64,000 nucleotides of DNA. Source: Octopus sinensis. Taxonomy: Eukaryota. The DNA is taken from NCBI RefSeq assembly GCF_006345805.1, contig NC_043003.1:113460001-113524000 (forward strand), given 5' to 3'. Shown here piece by piece: positions 36,414-51,009 of the stretch; the first letter of the stretch is position 1, and each line of letters starts with the position of its first letter. Under the pieces are notes generated by a model. That model did not search any database. It saw nothing but the letters and a program-made list of their open reading frames with translations, and had not been told where the DNA came from. The translations under genes and the position numbers were made by a program.

Positions 36414-38889
36414 AGGTGGTAGTAGTAACTACAACAACAACTGAACCGTGTGCCACATTGTGTAGACATTAGGTTATGTTATTTTCATTTCGTAAATATT
36501 TGTAGAATTATGTAACTTCATTGAAATAGGAAGATTGGTTGAACAAAATATATGAAAAGCATACATTTGAATAAAGCAAAATAAAAGAAAAAGAAAAATT
36601 CAGCAACTTGCTATTAACAAAGGCTACTAGTCAGTCTCCTTGTAATATTGCTCGTTAATTCTCTTGTAATTTAAAGCACAACACCATTGCCTAAACCGTT
36701 TAATTCACTTGTCTAATCTGACTATAAACCCTCTTCAATTCTAGATCTGAGAAATGAATACTCTGCTATAAAGGTTGATGGAATTGAAGCTAGAAATACC
36801 TGCAAAAGATTTTGTCCAATGGATAAGGACTGAGCAGAGAGGAGTCATTCAACTACTGCAGCAATTATTTTTGAATAATAAAATCTGGGATTGGAAACTA
36901 TATAACTTGTAATAAGGATCATCCATCTATACATTTTATATCTCATATGCTTGTTTCCTTTTTTTTTTTTTTTTTAGCTATAATAAAGAAGTGTAAAGTA
37001 TCAAATAAAATACTTCTTTTCCATAAAAATAGTTGAAAGGTGAGAATAAGATATAGGAATGTGACTGGTGATGATTTATATGAGGATGTTTTACAAGGAA
37101 TGAGGGAGAAAAAATAGCGGGAATAGAAAGACTGTTTGAAATAAATAGAAGTGGTAGAATTTCATGAGAGGGGAAATGTGTTATTTAGGAAGTCGTGTCT
37201 TGAGGCAAGTCATTTTGAAGCACCTTTGATAGTATCAACTGTTGCTATAAGCAAGAGGCAAAACTGGGGGATTAAATGGGAGAGGAATGCTGGTGTTGTA
37301 AGAGGGTCGTGAGATATATCATGTGATTATGTCACTAATGATTTCTCAGGGATTTCAGAAGACATTAATGTAAATAGGAAGTTAACCAGGCATTTAGGAT
37401 CAAAATGGCATTTTCTTGAATTGTAATTTGTCCATAAAGATTTACAAAATAACTAAATTAAAACAGAACAGTATAATATTTAAAGAAGGTTGCATGTTAG
37501 AGTTAATAATAAACAGTTGTCACCTAGAAGATGGACGATGTGTGGTGGAACAAAAACGGATAACATTGCCAATGAATTAAGGCTAATATTTTAGTCATGT
37601 GTGAGTCATGTTTGTAGGTCTGTGAAAATGATTGCTGCTTTAATTATTTTCAAAATGGTGCAGACTTTGGTGGAAAGTGGCTGGATATGAATTATGTAAA
37701 AAATAAAAAAATAAATAAATATTTTTAAAAAATTGGTTGACAACAACAAGGCTGGATAGAGGGTAGGTAATCGAAGCTTTGGTCAAAACATTCCTGACAC
37801 TCATAAAACACTTGGTTGCAAAACAATAAAAAAAATTATGAAATATATATAATGATATATATATATATATATATAAAAGAATACAACAAATATAACATAA
37901 AAACACAGGGCATTTAAGGTAAGAGAGCAAGAGGGAGGAAGGGGAGAGATAGAGATTTGGGAGAGTAACAGATGAGAAATAGGTAAACAATATTAGCTGA
38001 ATGCTGCAAGTGAGAAAATGGTAAAGTGGAAAGAGGTAATACAAGGTGCAAAAATATAATTAGGGATCTGTAATATATTTGAGAGGATTCAGGGATCGTG
38101 GATTAACATAAACCATTATTAGTTTTATTCAACATATATTTGATATATTATTAAATATTTATAAATGCTACTTGTAACTCCTCTTTCCTATTCTGAATTG
38201 GTAACACAATCAATACATTGGGTAATATTTACAGAGTTGAAATGTGAGGAAGGTTTTCTAAAATCAAAAACATAAAAAGAAGGGGAAAAAAATGTAAAAA
38301 AAAAAAAAAATTCAGTAGAGAATTACAAACATGCAAACAGGTAATACATTTAAAACAAGACACTACACACACACACATTCACACACATTTTTATAAAGAT
38401 CTTTATTTGCATTCACTTCGGTTTAAATAAATTAAGTACTGAATTAACATAGAAATGATAGTGTGAAATATTTTATATATATATATATACACATACACAC
38501 AGACATGCACATACAGACACACACACACACACACAGACATACACACACATATTCATATATAGATAGCTACATAGATACACACATGAACACATACATAGAG
38601 AATAGTTGAAATGGAAAAAATGGTTGGAAAAAAAATCAATGAAATCCCCCAAAATATATTTGAAGGAAATAAAGTAATATTCAATAAGTAAAAACAGATA
38701 CAATATGTTTATATGTGCTTGTGTGTGTGTGTATGCATACACATGCACATATATATATATATATATATACACACATATGCACACACACACACAGATATAT
38801 ATAAATGTTGAATGATGAAAATGAGTGCTCAACACCACATTGGTGGGTAGAATTTCTTTTTTGTGTGTGTGTGCATATATATATATATT

Positions 38890-38924
<35 letters not shown>

Positions 38925-39769
38925 ATGTATATACATATATACATTTATATATATATATATATATTATGCACACACACATACATACATAATATATATGCAC
39001 GCACACACATGCACACACATATATGCTCTTAGTGATTTGAAGACTAATATTTTAAATAAAATTTCACATCATTTAAAGCTTCATTACCATAATACAAGGA
39101 AAAATAAATTTAAAAAATAATAAAGCAAGTCAATATGATAGAATAAATGGAGGAAGAACGACTGGAACAGTGGAATGGTTCTGGTCCCAGTATTGGAAAT
39201 AATTGATTACAACCTGAATTTCTCAACAAAGGAAGGACAGCCTGAAAACAACTTATTATTAAAAAACAAAACAGAATTGAGGGTTCTAATCAAAGCCTAA
39301 GCATTTTGTGATGTGATTTCTACCTTTTTTTTTTTTTATTAAGAACCAGAAATATCTGTTGAGTTACAAATTATTCCAAATTCTTCTCAGGCTTACCTAT
39401 TGACACACACAGAAAGTCAACAATATATGAAGAATTGGAGCAAACCTCTTATAATTTTTAGAGTTTAATTTTTCTACAAAACGTTATGCCAGGTGAATGA
39501 ACAGGATTCCTCACCAATGCTATTGCAGAGAATTAAATTGAGCTCTAGACCACTATTCACCAAACAATCCAGAAACTTTACAATTAATAAATTTTATATC
39601 ATGTTATGATGGTCTACACATAAAATAGAACTCTTTGCAATTTACCAAAACCTTGTAGCCATTAACGAATTCTTAGCCTTTAACATGCACTCTATAACCT
39701 TTAATGGTTCATTGGGTTACTACTTAAGATTTTGTACATCAACATCAAAAATCAATGGAAATTGTCGTT

Positions 39770-40040
39770 GTGATACCTGTGCTGGAGGCACGTAAAAAGC
39801 ACCATCCGAATGTGGCTGATGCCAACGCCGCCTTGACTGGCTTCTGTGCCGGTGGCATGTAAAAAGCACCCACTACACCCACGGAGTGGTTGGCGTTAGG
39901 AAGGGCATCCAGCTGTAGAAACACTGCCAGATTAGACTGTAGCCTGGTGCAGCTTTCTGGGTTCCCAGATCCCGGTCGAACCGTCCAACCCATGCTAGCA
40001 TGGAAAACGGACGTATGATGATGATGATGATGATGATAAT
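39770..40040 (+). mobile_element. RTE 3' UTR-type copy (family C), low divergence
   Basis: Near-identical to 35590-35822; (GAT)n tail. Confidence 0.85.
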
Positions 40041-41794
40041 GTAAAGAAGGCAAAGGTACAAGGAATAAGTGAATCAAATAGCTAAAACTCCACACTGCAT
40101 CATAGGTTTTTGTAGCTGGGCACTTAGCCACAACTTTATCACCCATGTAACATGACACACACCACAAGACATTTGTACTCAGAGCCAGAGCCGGTTTCAG
40201 CCAGGTTGGTAATGAAAGGGTTAATAAATCAAAATATTTCTGGGATAAATTGAGCAACAATTATGAAAGAAGAGTCAGATCAGTGTGGGGATAATCTATC
40301 TTTAACATAACAACCAAGTACAAGTGCACTATTATATAAGCCTTATTCTTACACAAACAAACAGAAGCACACAAAGTTAAACAAAAAATTGTAATTAAAT
40401 TTTCCTATGCATAATATAGCAATCTAAATCTTAATGATGTTTACAAGTACGCACACACAGTTTATATACATTCCTACACAAATACATTCATCTTCTGTTG
40501 TATATGTTTATTACCAAACGTCTAATGAATGAATAAGCAAAATTAAGACAATTATAAATACTCGTTAGAGAGTTGCTCTGAACTTGAATCATTGTGTAAT
40601 GTCATATTATAACCAAGGGAAGTTGGTTAATAGAACAGAGTGGATGGGAAGTATAATTACTGTTCTACTAGATTGTGAAACAAAACAAAGTTTCCAACTA
40701 TAAATTACTTTTAGGTCAAAACTGAAACTGAAGGTGAATTGTTATTTTATTAGCAATTCATTTATAATCTCATTTAATAGTGTTTCTGTCTTTTTGTAGT
40801 CTACAGTTGATTATCTTTAGCAGTTCAATAGATTTGAGTTAACTTGAATTGGCAAATTATTTGATTGTCTGATTAGACATAAATTAAACTGGAAATAGCA
40901 ACAAAGGGTGTGTGTGTTGGTGTGTTATAGGAGGAAGTAGAGAGTGATATTTTGGGCTGGTTTCCACCACCAGAGTAGAAACAAGGCAATCAATGTGTAT
41001 TTTTATCTCTGCTTAATACAAGGATGCTGTGGTGGGAATTAAAAGGGTTTTAGTTGATGTGTGTTGAATTCTCTAGACTAAATATCTCTAATGAATATTC
41101 TATCAGTGGCACTGAACAGGGAAACCAGAATCTCAAAATGTTATAAAAGCATCTAGAGACGACCGGGCGACATATCTTGAACATTCAGAGTTAGCTTCAG
41201 GTGAAAAGAATTCTTTTAGCTTCAAGTGGTATTCTTAAGAATTTCACTTGAAGAGAAACTTGGGGTTTAGTAAGCTGGTTTAAATATATAGCTTCATTGT
41301 GCATCAGGATGAATACATCTGTTTAACGACATATTACGGAATAACCAAAAATGTTCAATGATACATACAAACATACATACATACACATAAGAGCACCCTA
41401 CATACATATGTTGTATATATATATATATATATATATATACATAGTGTGTGTGAGAAAAAGAAAGAGCATTTGGTGTATGTGCAATCTGTGGTATTGTTTC
41501 CACTTTTGAGTCTACCAATGTTTACCACAGCAGAAAGAATATCTTATCACATTAAAGGATTTTCTTAAAAAGGAATTTTGAAATTACTAAGAGCAAACCG
41601 ATAGGAGAACTTTTAATCCTATGTGCACTCATGAGCACCATGCACACAGTTTGTTACTTACACACAATATATGCATTACACACACAATTGACAGAAAGGA
41701 GTAAATTATTAAATTAATATGATTATGTGCGAATGGAGTAAGAGACAAAGAGGATTATCATCAAAGGCATAGCATTGATGATGATTTCATAGGC

Positions 41795-41956
41795 ACAGGT
41801 ACGGCTGTGTGGCAAGAAGTTTGCTTCCTAACTACATGGCTTCAGGTTCAATTCCACTGTGTGGCCCCTTGTATAAGTATCTTCTACTATAGCCCTAGTC
41901 AATGAAAGTCTTGTAAATGGATTTAGCTGACAGAAACTGAATCAAATTCTGTTGTG

Positions 41957-41997
<41 letters not shown>

Positions 41998-42230
41998 GTG
42001 TCTGTACATGTGAGGTGTGTGTTACAGATTCATTGCCTTGACATTACATGATAGTTGCAGCAAATACCATTTCCTTCCGATTTTCCACGAAACAGGTCAT
42101 TGGGAAATCTTGCCTCACTTGCAGATAGATGAGGAGGTGATGACAGAAAAAGCATCTGGTTGTAGAAAATCTGTACCAACCAATTCCTTCCAATTCAAAA
42201 CAAACAAGCATATACACAGACACTATGGGA
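41795..42230 (+). mobile_element. Family A2 SINE
   Basis: ggcacaggtacggctgtgtggcaagaagtttgcttcc head; ccttgacattacatgatagttg body; gcatctggttgtagaaaatctg tail. Confidence 0.7.
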
Positions 42231-43789
42231 CCAGAGAACAAAATTCATGCACCATTGTTGAGGTCAGCTACCCAGCGGATGTGGATAAACCATGAAAATC
42301 CAGGGAAAAGAGAATATTTATGGTGAACAAGCACAGAACTTAGAGCTCTTGCATCTTGACTATAAATATTCATTTCTACTTTCATCATAAGCGCATGAGG
42401 GTATGGCCCTGCAAATTTAGCAATATTCAGTTTTTCAAAGAAAGAGCAAAAGGAACTGTCAGGCTTTCTTCAAATCCATCTTATTGGTGGCACAGTGAAG
42501 ATATGTAAGACATTCCAAAGATCCTTCATCTGAGATTCTTTCAATGACTATATGCACACACACACACTCCTGGGTGTGTACATTGACAGTTCAACCAGCA
42601 TACGAACTCAGTTACATATTTAAAAACACTAGCAACTCTTTCTTAATGTTTTGTCATTTTGTTAGCAACCAACTTGAATTCTCTTAAGAAGAACTTAAAT
42701 TTTAAAGAAAAAATAACACACACACACACAATCTAGTTGGGTTATTAATACCAATGTGCTGAAATGCAAAGTAGGATCTTGCAGAACTTAAACTAATAAA
42801 AATGAAGGCAAAGCTAAATGTTATAGGATCCTTACTATAATATGCCTCCATTTGACTGCAATTATGATGATAATGAAAAAATAAGAAAAGAATATATTAA
42901 TAAATCTAGTGAACCCTAGAATATGTTTGTTACTAATGATTTATCCCTGAAGGATACAAGGTAAGATTGGAAGGGTTGGTGAAGAATCATTTGTAACACT
43001 TCATCAGACTTTAGGGCTTTACCAGTTTGGAGATTATGGTCAAACAACTCTTATCATATTCCAAAGATCGACCATCAATGAAGAACTCCATGGAGATCAA
43101 CATATCCTTCCATTGTTTCAGAAGAGGGAGAGTAACCTTTCCTTAAAAGAGGTCACATTGTGGATGCAGCTAAAAGTTTGGAGGACAGAGCTAAGTCCTC
43201 CTCTGTTGCTTCAAGAACAACTTAAAAGAGGAAAAAGAACATAAATAAGGAGGAGGTGATACCTTTCCAGTAAAATCATACAAAAAATGAGAGATGAAAT
43301 AGGAATGGCTAAATAAGCTAAGTCTATAGTTGTGGCAAGAACTTACCTTTGATAGGTCAGACTAATCCAGAGTTGGGAGTGGCAGGAATCCCCTTATATG
43401 TTGGTTCCTTTCACATTTCTTGTTCTTATTCTGTTATCGGTTCTCTACTCCTGTTTTGTGTCACTATTACCTCCATGCCTTTATTGCTTGATTCATCCCA
43501 ACATTTTTTACTCAATCTGAATTCCTTACTATTTCTTCTTGGCATTTAACTTTCTACTCCCCTTCAACAGCTTAGGAGCTACTCGCCAAAGAAATCAATA
43601 TCCTTATAATTGTTCCATTTATCCTCCAGTACCGCCAGACTGCATGTAAAATGCACCATTTGAGTGTGGCCAATGCCAGTAATGCCTGACTGGCCCTCGT
43701 GCCAGTGGCATGTAAAAGCACCCACTACACTTTCAGATGATTTGTCTTTCATAGTACAAGAGAACAACACATATCAGAGATATCCTTAC

Positions 43790-44450
43790 TATAAATATAG
43801 ATGCAGTCAAGGAAAAACTTTCATACATTATAAATACTGACCAGACCAGGCAATTGAGTAGTAATAAACAAAAAGTATCAGAACTACTAGATATGGATCT
43901 GATGGGTATTGCCCCACAACCTGAGAACACTGTCAACTGAGAATATCTGAATCTTTAAAACTCTTTTTCAAAATTACAAATGTTACCACAAACTTTTGAT
44001 AGAATCTTAATTCTCAGGATGTAGTTTCTCTGCAGTACAATATATCAGTGCTACTTGTATATAACACCCATCATAAAATGTTCAACTAGCTGTTCCTGAG
44101 GTCTCTGGCTGAGACCGGGTGAGCTCATGGAAAACAAATCAATAACAAAGAAAATGATAATGATGACGACGATGATGATGATGATGATAATGAAATAATA
44201 ATAATAATAATACTAATAGAATAATAATAATAATAATAATAATATGATGATGATAATAATAATAATAATGATAATAATAATAATAATAATAATAATGATA
44301 ATAATAATATAATAATATAATAATAATAATAATAATAATGATGATAATAATAATACTAATAATAATAACAACAACGTGAACTTCCAACCTGTTGTCTCTT
44401 GAGGTCTCCGGGTGAGACTTGTACAAACATAAAGCAAAAGTCAAACATAG
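43790..44450 (+). mobile_element. Highly decayed R4-like 3' end; short 3' UTR motif repeated across an (AAT)n tract
   Basis: tgaggtctctggctgagac (about 44097) and tgaggtctccgggtgagac (about 44400), each followed by AAT/GAT tracts; upstream frame fragments such as VVINKK. Confidence 0.35.
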
Positions 44451-44460
44451 AATAATAATA

Positions 44461-44504
<44 letters not shown>

Positions 44505-45192
44505 AGTCATAATGATAAAAAATCAATAACAACAAGTGAGATAATGACTAATTAATATCAAACAAGAACATAAATGGTGTTAGTAATAAAATTTAAGCGA
44601 ATAAAGTTAGTGATTAAAACTAATGCACTATCTGCAACTAAGCGTTAGTACTACAACGTTTCTCTTGCACCTCTTTCTCTTCTACAAAAAAAAGGGCCTT
44701 TTTTTTAAATGCAAACAGCTTGCTAAGGTGCACATATATTATAGAAGTAACATAGAAATGAAATATTGCTGTATCAATAATATATGTGCACATTTTATGA
44801 ACAGTATATCAATTGGCAATATGGTGCCTACAGATCTGAAAAGATATGCATTGTATGAAGCATGGAGCATGAATAGATCTATGCTGCATTGCCTTCACTA
44901 TTGTGTACTCAATGCTGTGTATGCTACATGTTGCACAATCAGGTATCCATTGTATGTTCAATGTATATCTTTTATGTGTATAGGCGAAGTATAATTGGGA
45001 AACAGAAATATCAATAACTGCAGGCTGTATCATTTGAAGGTACCAGTCGAAGGGTATTCTGCACATTGCAAAGAATCGTTTGTAGTTTTTGAGTGAGTGA
45101 CAATGCATGTATGTATGTATGTGTGTGTGTGCATGTGTGTTGTATGTATGTACGTATGTTTGTATAAATATGTATGTATGTATGTATCTATC

Positions 45193-45227
<35 letters not shown>

Positions 45228-45374
45228 GTACATGAGAGTATGTGTGTGCCTGGGTACAAATAATTACCTAATTATGTATATTTATATTGCTTTTGCTATT
45301 TAATATAAGGAAATGACCTATATATATATATATATACACACACACATACACTAAAAAATAGATAAATAAAAATA

Positions 45375-45785
45375 AACACACACAAATAGGTATATAATGC
45401 ACACATATATATAAACACAAACACATATATATACATGGTTAAGAAGCTAGTTTCCCAACCCTGAAATCTGGGTTCAGTCCCACTGCACAGCTTTTCAGCT
45501 CAGTGTCTTCTATTTCTTGGCCAAAGCCGGGTGATTATATTTCATAAATGGACTCCAATGTATGCATTATGTATATATGTCTAGACATTATGTGATAGTT
45601 GTAAATACACATCAACGTAATAGAGGATTTTCATTTCTAATCATTCATGAAAAACAAGTTAATTTATGTGAAAACATTTACCTTGCTTGCTAAAATTTGA
45701 CAGCAACAAGAAGATGAAGCAGCCAAATAATCTGCCTTAACAAATCCTGTGTGACCCATGCAAGCATGGGAAAGTGGGCATTAAA
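45375..45785 (+). mobile_element. Family A2 SINE, diverged
   Basis: ggttaagaagctagtttcccaacc..ggttcagtcccactgc head; tail aatctgccttaacaaatcctgtgtgacccatgcaagcatgggaaagtgggcattaaa. Confidence 0.65.
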
Positions 45786-45795
45786 CAATTAGTTT

Positions 45796-46110
45796 GGAGG
45801 CACTTGGCCTAGTGGTTAGAGCAGTGAACTCACGGTCGAGGGACCGCGGGTTCGAATCTCAGACCGGACGATGTGTGTGTTTATGAGTGAAACACCTAAG
45901 CTCCACGCGGCTCCAGCAGAAGGTAATGGCGAAACTTCTGCTCACTCTTTCGCCACAACTTTCTCTCACTCTTTCCTCCTGCATCTTGCAGCTCACCTGC
46001 GATGGACCGGCGTCCCGTCCAGGTGGGGAACCTATACGCCAAGAAACCAGGAAACCGGCCCTTATAAACCAGGCATGGCTCGAGAAGGAACAAACAACAA
46101 CAAAAAAAAC
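45796..46110 (+). mobile_element. tRNA-derived SINE of a separate family, well preserved
   Basis: A box TGGCCTAGTGG, B box GGTTCGAATC, CpGs retained, internal CCTGCGATGGACCGGCGTCCCGTCCAGG resembling the V-SINE domain motif, (CAA)n/A tail. Confidence 0.8.
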
Positions 46111-46241
46111 AATTAGTGTGTCTTATATATGTGTCATCAATGATGATGATATATATACACGTATGTGTACATATATATATATATATATAGATAAATATAC
46201 ACACATATGTATATATACGCATGCAGACATGCACACATGTA

Positions 46242-46640
46242 TGAGGTGGGTACCCAAAAGAAACCGGTATTTTGCAATATTATTTCATTTATTTAGTTTT
46301 GCATGTTTACACTTTTATCACCTTCAAAGTATTCTCCATTCGAAGCAATGCATCGGTCCAGACACATTTTCCTGGAAACCTTGTCAAATGATGCCTTTTA
46401 ACACCTCTTGTTTTCTCTTCATCTTTTCCACATCTGCAAAATCTTTCCCATTAGCAAGATCAGGTGAATAGGGAGAGTGGCTAAGCAGGGCCCATGCCAT
46501 TTTTGGTCAAAAACTGTCATGCACTAAAGACGGTGTGCACAAGTTCATTGTCCTGATGAAACCACCACTCTCCAATTTGCCACAGGTAGGGGCATCTCCA
46601 TTTCACTGCAACTCACAAATGCTTCAGAACTGCCCAGTAA
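46242..46640 (-). mobile_element. mariner transposase 3' part with right TIR
   Basis: Minus strand YWAVLKHL*VAVKWRCPYLWQIGEWWFHQDNELVH..QFLTKNGM..HSPYSPDLA..DRCIASNGEYFEG; TIR-like TA-TGAGGTGGGTACCCAAAAGAAACCGG at 46240. Confidence 0.8.
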
Positions 46641-47842
46641 AATGTCTGCTTAACATAATATTACTGAAACTAAATGCGTTGAGTGCTTTTTCTGTTCTTT
46701 TATTCACTGGTAAACACACAGTATAGAAGGTGAGAAAATAATTGTGGAAGCATGGAAGAGAAGGTCGCCAAACAATGCTCAGAAACACTGAATTCTTAAA
46801 AGTTATAGCTTCTTAATCGGAGTAAGGTTGTCCAAAAGAATGATGAAAATTGTAGGTGCATACATATACATACACACACACACACACATATATATATACA
46901 TTTATATATATATAATACAAATGATATATATATGTATGTATATATTGTATATATATGTGTGTGTGCATATACATATATATATATTATATATATATGCATG
47001 TATGTATGTATATATATATATAAAGAAAACAAAAGATGGAACATGAACATAACAGGTGACAAAACATCCAATCAGTTAGACGATACAGAAAAAAAAAGAC
47101 AGGAAAAACAAAGACAGGTCATTTGGAGTTTTCTATCCTCAGTCGAGTTCCAGATTATCTCAGCAGTTTCAGATGGTTATATATATATAATTAAAGAAGG
47201 AAAATGCACACACCTTACATAGTGTGTGCATTATATATTTTTAAATATCTTTTATGTTGTGTTTATCGACTGGTTTCCCTTTCACTAATCATCACATTAA
47301 AATTTATTTAAATACGTATTTTCTTAAGAAAAAATTTTTCGTCCATGTTGTGTGTGGAGTTTCTGAATGAATGATTCATCAGGTAGAAAAATTTCAGGGG
47401 AGGTAATTGATGATCATTATTATTTTGGTGGGGTGGAAAATATATATGCACAAAAATTCAAAAGCTAGAGTGGTGGGGAGAAATATGTACAGTGATGGGT
47501 ATGTAATCCTGAATTAAAGATGAAAGCTGATTATGCATACATATTTAGATATGTGTTGTACTTTTTGATGAATAAATATTCTTTATTTAAACATTCTTGT
47601 ATAGAAATTGTATCTTTGCACTGATATAAGGGGAAAACTGTAAAATTTGGTTGGATGTTACCTGCACATCTCTCTATGTGTTCGCTTAAAGGAATCTATC
47701 TGCATTGCAGGAATCAGATCTGCTCTTTATGAAGTGTGATTTTCCGTCTCAATGTCATACTCGTCTATCCTATAATCCTATATAGTGAAGTGTGTGTGTA
47801 TGCATAGACATATATCTGTGTGTGTGTATGTATGTATGTATG

Positions 47843-47897
<55 letters not shown>

Positions 47898-48929
47898 CTC
47901 AAAGGACAGGTTCCATATTGCTGGAGCACTGCTTGCAGATACCATACGTTATGAACAAACAATTTTACTCAAGGACGTACCTCTTCTAGCCGGAAGCATA
48001 TATAAGGAATTACTACAAAGAAAAGCAATGGATTTAATAGAATGAATATGATGGTGGCCTTCTTCCACGACTACAAATAAGCAATCCTCCACATAATTGC
48101 CTACTTGGTGAATTTGAAAGTGATTTACTGTATGTTAATCAAGGGCATCATATTTCCTAAACATGTGACTGTTTTCCAAAGGGATTTATCCAGCAATCGT
48201 CATGTATTCTCTGATAAAGCCAGAAGCTCTCTCTCTCTACAGATGCTTGTAAATGTCTCATCATCAAAGAATTCCAGAAGAACTATAGATTAGAAAATAA
48301 CTGAAGATTAATGACAAACTCATTACCAACTCATTAGGGATGTTGGAGTGAATGATGCAACTGTACTCCGAACTTTATCTTAAAGGATTATAAACCTAAC
48401 TTTCTATAGAAGCTCTTCCTCACACTAATCTTCCCAACAAAATCCAACTTTAGATACATCAGAAAAAAAAAAGACATTTTAGATAAACTAATTCCAATAG
48501 TTATGGATATATCTTTGCAGCTGTAAAGAAGAACCAATCTCTTGATTCCATACGCAAATAAAACAATGCTTCTTCACTACAATTTGACAGAGTTCTTACT
48601 CTCATCTGCTGAACAACACACTAACGGCTATAAGATTAGATACTAGAGCCACATTCGACAGGAGAGTCCATAATATGTGTATATATATACATAACTGACC
48701 GAAGAGAATCAAAAGGAAATGACCAAATTAAGATTCATTGAAGATGTAAACCCACCGTCTTATTTACTTATATAACTGTTTGTAGTAATTGCAGGAAAAA
48801 GACTTTTAGATTTTTTATGAACAGCTTTTGTTAAGTTTATTGTTATAGGGGCAGATGTGGTGATTAGCTGTGCTTGATAAGAGGCACCAAGTTAAGTAAA
48901 GTTACTGTCTTTCACACATGCTGGCTTAT

Positions 48930-49180
48930 CCTTTCAATCTGGTGCCACATAAAAAGCACTTGTGCCAGGGTGCTGTGTAAGCATATCCATGCTGGTGGCA
49001 TGTAAAAAGCACCCAGCACACCCTGCTGAGTGGTTAGCATTAGGAAGGGCATTCAGCCATAGACACCATGCTACAAAAGGCAACTGGAGTTTGGCTAACT
49101 CTCAGCTGGCCTGCTCTGTGTTAATCCATCCAACCCATGCTAGCATGAAAAGCAGACATTGAATGATGATGATGATGATA
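48930..49180 (+). mobile_element. RTE 3' UTR-type copy (family C)
   Basis: ggtgccacataaaaagcac..gcattaggaagggcattcagcc..ccatgctagcatgaaaagcagacattgaatgatgatg. Confidence 0.8.
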
Positions 49181-50977
49181 TTTATGATTGATTTGATTCT
49201 ATTAATGGTTTCTATCTGACAATGATTAAATAATATACAATGAGTATGATGGGAAAATAGTATATAAGAGGCTTTGATAACGAGTTTGAAGCCGAATAGT
49301 ATTAGAAACTAGGTACAGGAATTTTGTTTTAAATATTTTTCCTGGCAATTTTTGAAAATTTTGTCATTGATCAAGAAATCATTTATGAATTATATTTAAA
49401 CTCAAGTTGTTTTTTAATTCTTGTTTTTGGAGAAGTAATTTATCAATGCCAAAATAGTTACAAACCAAGATATTTTCATAAGCTGAAATGCAGCTTGTAA
49501 AATCTGAAATTTAAATCACATCTGATTCAAAATTTAATAACAAAGATTTCTTTAATTTTAAATATTTTTTTTATACATTCTAACTTTATTAATAATATGA
49601 GAAAAAGTAATTTTGTTTTTCTTGAATTTTTTATCAATATTCAAAATTATTTTAAAATTGTTCATCCAGTTGGAAATAATCTTTGAATTAGTTGTGAATT
49701 CAAGTTGTTTTTTTTTTCTCCAGGTTTTATAAAAAGTATTAATTTTTTTTTTTTATCATTTCTGCATTTCAATTTAGGGAAATAGATCAATTTTCAAATT
49801 TTAAATTCAGAGAAATAAAAAGCTTAGGTTTCCATCATTCCTGAGAGAAAATGAATCCTTATTAAGTAGGAATGAAACAGATAATGACATTAGTTTATTA
49901 GTTTGCTATGGGGAGTTGTTACAGAAAAAATTTAAACCTGATTTTCATAAATAATAATGATTCCACTCTCTATATTTCAACATTTCTAGATAAAAGTTGT
50001 TCCTTTCTATAAACACCCGATTGATACCAACTTCTTTATTAACATTACTATACACAACATCATGCATACATTTGTATGTATGGAAAAAAAAAACGAGTGA
50101 AAAATGCACTCGCTATACTTATTATGAAGGAAATATAGTTATATATATATATATGTGATAGTAGAAAATAACTAGCAAGATGATTTTAAGAGGAATACCT
50201 GTTTAGAATGATGTTAAGAGCAGATAAGCTGTAAAAAAGCATTATTTACATTTTTTTAAACTTTGTTTTTGTGTTACTTTTCTATTCTGAATTCAAATTC
50301 TGACAAAGGTTTCTATAGTTTTCAAACTATGAAATCCTTAATATATCTACTGTTATATTTACTGAAGTAAATGAAGTTAACAAAAGCTTCATCTTTCAAT
50401 GGTGTGCCTGGTGCCTAAGTAAAGAACCAATACCTCTTGGTGTGTAAGAAATACAAAAGAAGGTAAGAACATAGGGTGGCCTTCTAAATTTATTCAATGC
50501 CCTCAAGTGTACAAATCCTACAAAAACTAACTTCAAAGGCAGGTAAATCGATAAGCAGCAACCCTGGTTTAATTTTAGGAAATAAATACAACAGCACTCA
50601 AAAACTAATTTGCTTAATCTTAAAAAGAACGAAAAGAAAGTTTTAAAAATCAGTTTATATATTTAATAACCAAAACTCATAAGGCTCGTACACTGTCTAC
50701 CTGTGCATGTGTGTGTGTGGGAGGGGTCTCTTTCTGTGTGTGTGTGTGTGGAGGGTGTTTTTGTGTGTGTGTGTCGAGGGGTGTCTTTGTATGTGTGTGT
50801 ATTTGTCTCTGTATCTGTGCATTAATTTATCAGGTTTCCCAATGTTCATACTCTGAGTTTTCTAAAGGACAGACACACATAATATATATGCACATATAAA
50901 GCACTCAGTGCCGAGTGCAGTGCACATTATAGCAGAAACAACTGTAAGCTAATGATGTTGATTACATAATTCGCAAG

Positions 50978-51009
<32 letters not shown>

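Noticed and set aside
42950-43570. Possible LINE APE-endonuclease relics (GDSCHSQLW on minus; also about 37000-37450 and 47900-48700)
   Set aside because: Motifs are too decayed to assign by eye; this needs a blastx search.
44139-44510. Poly-Ile/poly-Tyr hydrophobic ORFs (also 14415..14789, 20693..21118)
   Set aside because: Reverse-strand translations of (AAT)n/(AGT)n/(GAT)n tracts, not membrane proteins.
45796-45870. tRNA gene
   Set aside because: A and B boxes are present, but it runs into a SINE body and tail and lacks a proper acceptor stem; it is a SINE head.
49320-49730. Faint approximately 300-bp-period similarity in a very AT-rich block
   Set aside because: Matches are limited to low-complexity T/A runs plus tcaagttgttttttt; not distinguishable from compositional similarity.
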